Assembly: GCF_009834535.1 (NCBI RefSeq)
Contig: NC_045707.1
Span: 49,354,001 to 49,418,000, forward strand
Length of the DNA: 64,000 bases
DNA from: Camelus ferus
Lineage: Eukaryota
Direction of reading: 5' to 3'
Made by a program: the position numbers and the translations under genes. Below the pieces are notes generated by a model. That model did not search any database. It was given only the letters and a program-made list of their open reading frames with translations, and had not been told where the DNA came from. Shown in pieces: positions 41,992 to 52,508 of this stretch. Within the stretch, counting starts at the first letter, position 1. Each line of letters starts with the position of its first letter.

Positions 41992-42255
41992 GTCTGTAGA
42001 GTGAGTACTGACTTTTAATCTGAGCACCCAACCCCCACACCTCATGGCCTTTCTCTTGCCTTTCAATGTATCTCTCTGAATAAATCTATCTTTACTCACC
42101 ATGTGGCTCGTTCTTGAATTCTTTCATGCGCGAAGCCAAGGACCCATACTTGGCGGGGCATGTCCCAGGGGCTCAACTGAAGCCTGGGACAGGGCCCTCC
42201 TCACGCCCCACATCCGTTTTTCCTGCATCAGTTCCAACTGGTTTCAACATTCCTA
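41175..42255. mobile_element. Arthur1-like (hAT-Tip100) fossil split by the 41336-42230 LTR
   Basis: tttaacaaccagcctgcaaaattcctgaatatttaacaatc..gctggttc | caactggtttcaaca continues across the LTR. Confidence 0.6.
41336..42230 (+). mobile_element. ERV1-type solo LTR carrying a 265-bp non-LTR insert
   Basis: TG...CA termini (tgagacagga / tcctgcatca), perfect 4-bp TSD GTTC (41332-41335 / 42231-42234), AATAAA at 42079-42084, CpGs retained in U5. Confidence 0.92.
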
Positions 42256-42349
42256 CATCCCAAGTATCTTCACCTACTGAAACTCATCAGCCCCTTACAT
42301 GGCATGCCTTTCTACATTGTTTTCCCTGCCCACACAATTTAACTAGCAT

Positions 42350-42590
42350 AGAGATGTAGTTATGAGTAAAACCTTTGGTTTCTGTTGGACTTAGGTTCAA
42401 ATCTCAGCTTTGTAAGTCAGCTACATGGTCTTAGGAAAAGTTCTTAGTTCCTCTATACCTGTGTTAGCCCATTTACAACATGGAAATCATAATAGCCCTA
42501 CCTCAGGGTGTGTTACAAGAATCAAGTAAAATAACGTAATAATAAGCATTTAGCAGAGTACCTGGAATATTGTATTATTTACTTTGTAAG
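42350..42590 (+). mobile_element. MIR SINE
   Basis: gacttaggttcaaatctcagct..aatagccctacctcagggtg..gcatttagcagagtacctgg. Confidence 0.75.
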
Positions 42591-44341
42591 CAATTTTACT
42601 TTATTCACCAACTCACCCACCATAGTCTCCAGCTATGACCTGGGGAAAGCTATGAAGTTTGAAAAGTTCAAACCTTTCAATATCTTGTCTTTTGAGAGTT
42701 AGCTCTCCTGCCTGGCTCTCCCTACCTCTAAGATGCTTTTCAGGATCCACACAAGAATCTTTTTCTCTTACATGGTAAAGGGATTACTCAATGATATAAA
42801 ATATATTTTATATGTGATATACAAACAAATAGTGGCTTAAAGTATTAGCATCTATTTTGTAATAGAGTTTCTTGATGACAGGAAAGGCTTCAAGACTCTG
42901 GTTGCAGAAGTTTCTTTCCATTGTATTTTATCTTGATACTGATGACTTTGTAAATTTTCTGAGAAAGGCAGCCATTTGAGATAGGAAATTTAGTCTTAGC
43001 CTCCATCTGTCAGTTTTTATTCACTAGAATCCTGTGGATACCTCACTAGTTGTATCAACACCAAAAACAGCTTTAATTATTAAGTAATTCGATTATTTAA
43101 ATAATTATTTAAAATGTAGGCTCTAGTGACAGCTCAATTCTACCTTTGTGACCTTGTTTAAGTCCCAAACTCTGAGATTTAACACAGTAGAATGAATTCA
43201 GTCTATACCTGCTCTAAAATTAAATGATTCTACCTATTTAAATATTTATAAATTCCAAAAGCACCTCCAAAGCCAACAAAAAATACTTTCCACACTACTC
43301 TCGTGATATTAATGTAAATAAACTTAGGCCTCTATAGCAAATTAAAGCATAGTATTAAGGCAATTGTATGAATAATTCAGAAACAAAATAAATAAAACAA
43401 AATAAGAACTTGTGGTTCTAAAGGTATCAGAACACAATTTATAGTGCTATTCAGAAATTACTAGAACTGTAGTGCGTTCTCTATTTATATGGAGGAAGCT
43501 ATTAAAGTTGCATTTTCCTTTAAATTCAGGTTTTTCACAGATACATAAAAAATCTCCTTAAAGGAATGTTGTAGGCCCATATCAAGTCAAAAATGTATAA
43601 AAGCAACCCAGGTGCACTCGCAACTTTTCTCACCAAATTTTTAAAAATATTAAAAAATCACTAAAGATAAAGAAATGAACCAGATTAGATGACTCTATTC
43701 TATTGTTCCTTTAAATGTTTGATGCCCTAGTCAATATACTTATAAGCCTAAACCTTAAAAGAGTGCCTGCCCTAAAGTGTATGTGTATGTGTGTGTGTGT
43801 GTGTGTATAATGTACCCCAATTTTCTTTTTTAGCTCAAAGATTGACATCACTATGTTCTAAATTAACTTGATACACTGCCAACCCATTTTAGGCAACTAT
43901 TTGTTAGTTCCCAAGTGCTAATATGCACACGATAATGCACCCTGAGCAGCGTAACCGATGAGACCACTGCTGTCCGAGCTGCTAAAGTGGCTGTGTGTCA
44001 CTCATCAGCAATGCAAGGTCTGAGTCCAAAAGAGATTGTGGCTTACTATTAAGCATTTTATATCAGCTAGGGTGTAATCACCATGAATAATATCAAAGGA
44101 ATTTTATCCCAAATACATATTCAGGTGGTAATCAGTAACAAGCCACCAACGTCGCTTGTTATCTCCAATCCCTAACTCAGAAATAAATTACCAAAAGATA
44201 TTTTCAAGTATGGCTTACAGCTCTGATGATGGCAAATTTGCATTATGGAACATGTGCAATTTATATCATCAATAACATTTTACTTGATTGGACTTTGCAT
44301 ATCTATGATCAATTCAGGAATAAGAATTATCAAAATTGAAA

Positions 44342-44775
44342 GGGTGAAAGAAGCCAATCTGAAAAGGCTACATAGTGGATGATGCCAATTATGTGACATC
44401 CTGGAAAAGGTAAAACTATGGTGACCATAAACATATTGGTGGTTGCCAGGGGTTAGGGGGGATGAATAGACAAAGTACAGAGAATTTTTATAGCAAAAAT
44501 TACTCTTTATGATATTATAATGATGGATACATGCCATTACACATTTGTCCAAACCCATAGAGTGTATAAACTGTAAACAATGGAATTTGAGTGATGATGA
44601 TGTATCCGTGTAGGTTTATCAATTGTAACAAATGCACTACTCTGGTAGGACATGTTGATAATGGGGGATGTTTTGATGTATGGGAACAGGAGATATTTGG
44701 GAATCTCTATACTTTCCTCTCAGTTTTGCTGTGAATATAAAACTGCTCCAAAAGGTAATTTTTTAAAAAATAAAA
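44342..44775 (+). mobile_element. L1MC-type 3' end
   Basis: gtgaaagaagccaatctgaaaaggctacat..acacatttgtccaaacccataga..ttttgctgtgaat. Confidence 0.88.
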
Positions 44776-45419
44776 ATTGAAATAGAATGTTAAAACATTA
44801 AGAATTTAACATCTTGCATGTTGAAAAATGCTCCCATAAAACAGGGACAAATAATAAATCTCTCACCCATATTCTTTCACTTGCATTATTCCTCAATCCT
44901 GTAAATTTCTATAAAACACAGGTTATCTTTTAGGTTCTCAGGAACTTCCTACATTTCCCAGGACAGCATCTTCACAATCTCAACTGACTCTGATAGGATA
45001 ATTTTAGAGAGTTGGCCTATGAATTAAGTACTAGTCTTATCCTAGGTGTGCAACACTTAGGATGTCACAAAGTCCTTTGCAGAAATCCAAATACACAACT
45101 GCATCTATAACATACACCCAGTTGGATTCCAGGAAAGGGAGAACTTAATTTTTTTTTTAACACAATGATGCCTTGATGCTCTAAAAATCAACCAAGGTAG
45201 TTAAATGATTCATGTTGCTGGACAAAACTCTGCTAAATATAGCTGGTTATTTTTCTATCCAGAAAAGTTCACCAGAGGCCAAGAAAAGCTGCCCTCATAT
45301 ACCCAGGCACTTTTCCAACAAGAGGGTGAGAAAAACCCATCCATCCTATAGAAATGCTCAGCTTGGCCCTGGAGTGGCACTGAACCCTAACGGATTTCAC
45401 ACTGAGACTGTAATATCTA

Positions 45420-45720
45420 CCACAGGCCTTTGAAGAAGCCCCAGCTGTGCCGGTTGCCATGGGTGTTCCAGAAAACCCGCATTACTGAGGGCTTCCGGTG
45501 GTTTGACAGTCTCCCCTCAGGCTTTACCAAAGAGGTGGCCACAGTGTGACTCAGCTGTAAACCACGGCCAGGCCTTCCTCATCCAAAGAGGAGAACTGAG
45601 GGGAAAGGACTGAATGTTTGCTAACACAACTGCCATCTGCCACCGTTAAGTCGGATGGTGACAGAGTGCACGTTAATGCCAGATAGACAGAGAACACTCG
45701 CCATCTGTTCACTGCCCTGA
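45420..45720. promoter_or_regulatory. Candidate enhancer (motif-dense, CpG-retaining unique DNA)
   Basis: ETS cttccggt 45492-45499; AP-1/ARE gtgactcagc 45546-45555; E-box cagctg; RUNX aaccac; two catctg E-boxes; about 8 CpG in 300 bp. Confidence 0.35.
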
Positions 45721-46213
45721 AATAAAATTAACTAGGTCATCTGGATTTGGAAGCCTATCTGGAATTGTTGACATCTATTCCCAACCATGGGGATGGAAAT
45801 TTTACCCCATCTTACATCATTCAAATTACCCAGAGAAATATTTTTATGCTAATCCTTCCAGTGGAGAAAGTACAGTTAATAGATGATACATTAATAACAA
45901 TTTATATGTTAATGATGAATGGAGGATTTTGTGGCCCCTACATTATATTTGTAAGCAAAGTATTACAAATTGCTATCCAACCAAAACCTTCTAAAGGGAA
46001 AAATGTCTAATAAATTTCATTTAAAGAAGAAAGTGCAAAGTCTATGTATACTTCAGTCATTTTTGACTAGTTCATGAGAAGCAAATTTCTTGATTTCTAG
46101 GCACTCAAGCTAAAAAGGGGAAATAAAGAGCTTAAAATATTTTATTCCTGCTAACTACTTAAAAGATATTTGCATAATGGTAACTAAAGGTATATCACTG
46201 AAAGAGTGGTAAA

Positions 46214-46215
<2 letters not shown>

Positions 46216-46246
<31 letters not shown>
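46216..46246 (+). repeat. (CA)n microsatellite
   Basis: About 15 perfect units. Confidence 0.95.
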
Positions 46247-46247
<1 letters not shown>

Positions 46248-46713
46248 TCTGTTTTCTCCCAAGAGAGGAACAAGAAAAAGCTTTAATTCAATTTCTGTAA
46301 CAGGAAAACCTGCTCCTGGTCTCTGTATCTAGAATCACTCACCTTCCAATCAACTCTAATTCTGTTTTCATCTCTCTGGGACTAGTATTGGTCTTGGCCA
46401 GTACTGGTCTAGTAGTGAATTTCAGCTGACACATGACACAGGAGAGAATCAAAGATAAAAGAGTAAGTGATTGTTTTCAGTTCCTTATATCAGCCCTGGT
46501 GTGAAATATGGTTCTCTTAAAGAAAACTCTAAAAGATTCTACTTCCAAGAGTCAATTTAAATTAACTTAGGGGAAAAGTTACTGCTTTTAAGAGTTTATG
46601 GACATCAATAATAGGAAATAACACAGTTCATTTAGACAACCTGTAATGTGCTGACTTGAAATAAATCCAGTGAAGCTATCCTTAGGTCCCAAGAGATTCA
46701 GTTTTAAAATGAT

Positions 46714-47358
46714 TGTTACCAAGAAGGAGAGGAGTGAAAGTTACCTCAGTTCTTAGTCACCCCCCAAAAATGAATTTTTAACAAGACACAAAGTGTGACA
46801 TAAACAAGATTTTAATAGTAAAGTAAAAGGTAGTAAACATTGTACACCCCCGAGAACTGGGGGTGGGCCAACCCAAGAGAGGAAAAAATGGCGCTGCTCC
46901 TTTGTTTCTCCTGTTTTTATATCCTGGCTTAGGGGGCGGTTTTTGTGACTGATTTGATTGATTCAAGGCTCAGGTTCTTTGAGTGCTCAGGCTGACTGAC
47001 AGCTCCTATTCCTTATGCTCAAGCTGACTGACAGCCCATGTTCCCTGTGCTCAGGCATGCTCATCTCTTTTAGGCATGTTTTTACCCATGATGCACACAG
47101 AGAAACCACGGGAGGGGGCTCAAATTGTAATGTTAATTACATTATAATGAGCATTGGGTCAAGTTAAGCCAGGTCCTCCTCTCTACTGTGCAGCAGCAGT
47201 GTTTGATTCTAGTTGACTTCTTTGCTAGACTTCATTTAGAGAAAGTAAAAGTTTTGGGAGCCTCTTATCCTGAGTGCAGGCATACCGTTATTTTCTGGGT
47301 TGCTCCCTCCCCTTCCTCTCCTCTTGCCTGGTGCTCATTTCTACCTAACTGCCTAACA
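46714..47358 (-). mobile_element. ERV1-type solo LTR related to the 40281 LTR
   Basis: tgtta..taaca termini, TSD tgat/tgac. Reverse complement of ~47075-47153 aligns with 40467-40545. Internal ~31-bp tandem units (gctcaggctgactgacagc) at ~46985-47057. Confidence 0.85.
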
Positions 47359-47669
47359 TGACCTTTTGTGAGCTGGATTACTGACCAAGCTCAGTTATTA
47401 CCAAAGTCTACCAGTAGAAATTTCTCTAGCCTTAAATTTTTAAGAATTTGAACAGAATATATTTCCAGCCAATTACGAAGGATATAATGAGTAATCTCCA
47501 TATATTTAACATTGAGTTTAGAGCTCTGGAAAAGGCAAAGGAGTATTCAATGCTATCCCTTGTGCTCATATAGGTTAAATAAACAAGATACAAAGACTAT
47601 GCATAAAAATAAAACAAAAATACTAACTTGTACAAAATATGCCAAAGAAAAGGCACCCTAACCCTACAG

Positions 47670-48250
47670 TCTAAAGTAGCCCCCTACTATTCTCTTACAT
47701 AGTGCCTTATTTTTTTTTTATAGCTTCAAGCACTATCTACATAGTATTTATTTATAGGATCCCTTAACATCTGTGTCTCCACTCCACACTTCTGAGCTAC
47801 ATAGACAGGGGCTGCATACTGTTGTATTCATTGCTTTATCCTTACTGTCTAAAATGGTGTCTGAGACAGAGTAGGTGGTAACTAAATACCTGTTGAATTA
47901 ATTTTTGAAATACACTGTATTCACAGACTAGTGGGAGATAATGAAAAATAAACAGATCACAGTTTCATTTTTTTTCACTGTTTAATTAATTTATTCAGCA
48001 AGTGTTTATTGAGCACCTACTACGTCAATACTATCCTTAAAAGATGCAGACAGATTAGTGAATAAAAGGCACATGATCACCGACCACATGGAGCTCACAG
48101 TGCAGGAGACCATTATTAGATCATCAAACTATCACAGTAAATAATTATAGGTAAATATACAATTGTAAAATGTAAGGTCATTATGAAGTAAAAGTCAAAA
48201 CAGAGATCTGATTTATTCTTAGGGGTCAGGGAATGAAGAAGGAATAGGAA
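47670..48250. mobile_element. Two L2 3' ends in opposite orientation
   Basis: Plus: ..agagtaggtggtaactaaatacctgttgaat (~47900). Minus: atttattcagcaagtgtttattgagcacctactacgt (~47990). Confidence 0.75.
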
Positions 48251-49637
48251 TTATGATTTTAGAAATAAGAGAGATCACTGAGGCCAGCAGGGAAGAAACA
48301 AAATTTATTTCATTGAAGTTTCACAGAAAAGAAGAACTAGTGCTGGGTATTAATTCATCCTATCCTTCAAGCCAAAATTACATGTACAGAGGCATCTAAC
48401 AGTGCTTATAGTTAATGTCTAAACTGTATTTGAATGATGTACTTTTCAAGATATTTTATTTTCAAATAACTTGGGCATTGAGTCTCTTGAAATTTTATTT
48501 GTTATTATCTGTTGCTTTTCAAATTAAATGTATTCACTTTGTGCCATCTTCATTTTTGCAACTATTCAATGTACTACAAAATACTGTACTTCATTTGTTT
48601 AAGAAGCATCAAGATTCAAAATTTTATTTTTTTCTTCAAGAAATTAACTTCATATCTCTTAACAAAATGCCAGAAATGACAACAGTAAAACAGACTGGGG
48701 GAAGATAAGCACAGTTACTTGAACCAGATTCTTTCCAAATGAACAACCGTTAAAAGTTTTCTAGAAGAGAACATAGCTCTTTAAAAAAAATTCTCATGTA
48801 GATATGACTGATGGCAGTACATTATTCCATGAATGGTATGTTTCTTTAATATAGATCTGTTAAATATTCAAGGAAGGAGTTAATTTGGAAAACATTTCCA
48901 TGTAAAGTTACTAATGTATAGAGTTGCCATCATAATTTTAAAAGGCAGCATGCCTTAAACTACCAATAGAGCAAAAACTGATAGGTTTATTTTGAAGGCA
49001 GGCCCACACCCTATCAAAGCCAGTAAAAGTGGGCAGTGATCATGAACTCATTTCCAAAGCTGAGACACTGAGTACTTGGGTTGTGGCAGTTATTATTTCC
49101 TGAATAAGACTTTATGCCGGATCCAGAATTCACTCTGTCTGACTCTCAGCCAAGAAAGGAAGTAGCGTGGGTGACCAAGTTTAACACTTGCTCTGGGGAT
49201 TTCTCTCCAGCCAAAGCTAAAAGGAGACTATAATTGGGTAGCCAGGCCTGTCCTTAGCACATTCTGTATTTAGATGGCTTACCTAAGCTCATTAGACAGC
49301 AAAATCATTCTGCCCTTTGCCCCTACAGACCTCCAAAAAAAACCCTGAAGGGGCTGGGTGTTGGCTCAGCCAAGATAAAAAGGGCTGAGGAGGGAGGAGG
49401 GGGAGGAGGGAAAAGGGGCCCTACTTGTATCTGTAGGCTTGGGAATAAAACAAACTAGAGTTAAACCTCCCGTTCCACTGTCTACTAGTTGTTTACCTTT
49501 AATTAAATTACATCCCCAACTGAACCTTGGGTTCTTCCGTTGCAGAGTGTATGCACAGTAGTAACTACTTCACAGAGCGGTTTTCGCTGGCTGGCAGACA
49601 GGAAACAAATACTAGTTTCTGTTGCTGCTGCTCTTAC

Positions 49638-49654
49638 CACCTTCGTTATGCCAT
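49638..49654 (-). other. Candidate 17-nt micro-exon
   Basis: Minus strand: ttttatccctgttccctctccatag | ATGGCATAACGAAGGTG | gtaaga. Confidence 0.25.
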
Positions 49655-50879
49655 CTATGGAGAGGGAACAGGGATAAAATGCTGAATTTTTAGATTTTAA
49701 AGATGCCCTGTTTCTTTCTGCCATCTCTAAGCCTCTCCTCACCTCATTTAACCTTCCTTTAGATTATTCAGGTAAGAAGCAAAGGAGATATTTGGCACAG
49801 AAAAAGGTTGAGCAACCCGCCCTAGGACTAATCTTCCCGACAGGCACTCCCCAAGAATAGCTGTTTTCAATCAGATAGTTGCCAGGCATGCCCAGAACTT
49901 CTTCTTCTTTTTTTTTTTTTTTTTTTAAAGCAATTTGAGTAGGTCACTTGGGGGAGGCAAATTAAAAGAACCTTTCTAACTAAGTCAAACCTTCCTCTCC
50001 AGCTAATTTTAATACATCTTTGTAAATTGCTCTGGAAAGCTTCACCAGATATTCAAAGCAAAGTGCAACTAAAATGTCTCATACCAAAAAAAGAATAGAA
50101 AAAGGAAAATTAAAAAAAGGGAGAGGAAAAAAAAGTTCTTAACAGTGCAGCCTGAAGACTGTAGCACTACATAAGAAATAAAAATAGCCTGGATACACAA
50201 TTTCTTTTAAAATAAAATTTTAGATATTGGATACCGAGTCATATGCTTCTAACAAATGGGGGAGTTTTATTATTTCCTATCAAAGTGACAAGACACATGG
50301 AGATATTTGCTTTTTTGGGGTATCAGTGTACTAAACTTCTAGGGAACTTTTCTAAAAAGATATTTTAAAGCTGAAAACCATATTTACTTTTTTGGGGGAA
50401 AAAAGGATTTTCTCTGGCAAGTGAGAGTAAAAATAATGTTCCTCCAAAATACCCAAGAAGGAAGGAAAATAACTTTTACTTTAATAGCAAGAACAAAAAT
50501 TTACAATGAGGGGGGATGGGGCAACGGTTTAAATCTTCAAGTCATTTTGGATTTGTCAGACAAAGGGGAAAAACGACTTTAACTGTTAACATCAAACTTC
50601 CTGGTTTTTCTGTAACTTTATGAAAAGACCTATTTCACAGTAGATTATCTCTTTACTATTTTTCTCAGTTGAGGGTTTGTATTGAAAGAGATTCCTTTTG
50701 GGATTCAGACAGCAACCTAAGTCCAAAAACCCTCACAAGGTCTCAGTTACGACCAGTGAAGACTAGATGCCTTCCCTAATCCTGCTTTACTTGGAATTTC
50801 TACCCTACAGCTTTCCCCACTTCACAACACACATGATAGGGACAAACATATTCTACGTTACTCTTAAACTTCATGCATA

Positions 50880-51620
50880 TATTCATTTCCTCAACCAGTC
50901 TTATTGCATACCTACTATGTTCCAGGAGCTGCACATAGTATGTACATGGCAGTTGTAACAATAGAAATATTAAGAAAATAGTGTACCAATCACGATATAT
51001 TTTGACTGTAGTACCAGCAGGACTTGCTAATGAATTTTATATGGTGACTAAGAGAAAACAGAATCATCAAGAATGACCTTTAGGTGTCTTTCATGAGGGG
51101 TAGGTGGCAGTCTCATTAATTCAGAGGAAGAATATCAGAAAGGAGTAGGTTTGAGCATTTGAGTAAATCAAAAGTTCTGTTTGGGACCTGCTATACTTGG
51201 ACTGTTAGGTTTGTCCAGTAGGCATTTGGAAGCAATAGGCAGTGGGAGAGGTTAATAAGGAGGCTATGGGATGGCCAGGGTTAAAAAGAAAACATTTGGC
51301 AGTCACTTGTCTACAGATAAGATAAAAAGCCATGAGAAGTAGAGAGGGTAGAGAGGGAAAGGAGGAGGAGCCCGAGCTATGTCCTGGGGCACTCCAACAT
51401 TATGAGAAAAAGGAGGCAGCAAAGGAGAATAAGAAAGAGAAGGTTGTGAAGAAGATAAGTGGTGTCAAAAAAAATTAGTTGAGTAAAGTTTATCAAGAAG
51501 GTTAACTGTGTCAAACACTGATTGCTGTGAACTGGACTATAAAGAGGGGTGCAGATTCGGCCATCGGGATAGAAGTCACTTGATACATTGAGGAAAGTGT
51601 TCTCAGTGGAATGGTGCATC
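50880..51620 (-). mobile_element. L2 remnant
   Basis: cttattgcatacctactatgttccagg; caggacttgctaatgaatt; ctggggcactccaacatt. Confidence 0.7.
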
Positions 51621-52029
51621 TCTCTTAAACAAATCGCTTCATTATTCACTATGGCCATCATACAGATTAGATCATCAGTGCACGGAATGTAGAACATGAG
51701 TCTTACTCGTCTCTGCATTCCTAGAGTTTAGGACAGTGTCTGACATATAACAGACTTCCAGTGTTATGTATTGAATGTTGAATATTGTCTTTGATCAGTG
51801 CTTTATTATCTGCTGTCTGTCACAGATGGTGTACCTCTAAAAGGCAGAGAAAGCACTCATGCATTTATCCTTGAACTGTGTTTTACACTTTCCTAGGACA
51901 TTTATAACTGTGATTAGATGCTTAATAAAATAATTGTCATGGGAAAGAAGAAATACGGTTGTAGTACTAAGCTAGAGAACAAATTAACATCTCTATGAAG
52001 AACAGGCTGGAGACCAGATTAATGAAGAT

Positions 52030-52508
52030 GTGGAGGTTTTAACAAATGGTCACAAATTCTTTGATACTCCTCTCTCAAGAGATGAAGTCTAATTCCCCTC
52101 CCTTTGAATGTGAATTGACCTCAGTTATTCACTTCTAACAAATAGATTGCTGAGGAAGTATTACTGCTTGACTTCCAAGACTAGGAGATGGAAGGTAACA
52201 CAGCTGCTGTCTGGCTTTCTCTCTCCCTCAGGACTCAGGCCTTTGAGCACTGACTTGCCATGACTACCCTACACTGCCATGATGGAGAGACCACATGGAG
52301 AGCACCTAAAGAGAGAGAGATGACAAGGAACGCCAGCTGTTCCCGGCCTAGGTGCCAGACAGTGCAAGAGAGGAAGCCCCAACTACCATCTGATGACAAC
52401 CATACCAGCCTGAGCCTAGTCAGCCCCTGGAACTATGAGTGACAGGAATCATTGTTTAATGCCATTCAGATTAGGTTGGTTTGCTACACAGCAATGACTA
52501 ATGGAACA
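52030..52508 (+). mobile_element. MaLR MLT1 (F/G/H-like) LTR
   Basis: tgtggaggttttaacaaatggtcacaaattctttgatactcc..ttggtttgctacacagcaat. Confidence 0.8.

Noticed and set aside
40917..42040. Two ORFs encoding nearly the same peptide on opposite strands
   Set aside because: By-product of the inverted duplication; partly antisense L2, non-ATG starts, no recognisable domain.
40281..42230. Two co-oriented LTRs as the ends of one provirus
   Set aside because: The sequences differ, each has its own TSD, and no PBS or internal viral sequence lies between them.
40277..42234. TSDs GAAC and GTTC are reverse complements
   Set aside because: Only 4 bp; no mechanism is needed beyond coincidence.
46985..47057. 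Short spaced repeats resembling an array
   Set aside because: These are U3 tandem repeats inside an LTR, with no unique spacers; not CRISPR-like.
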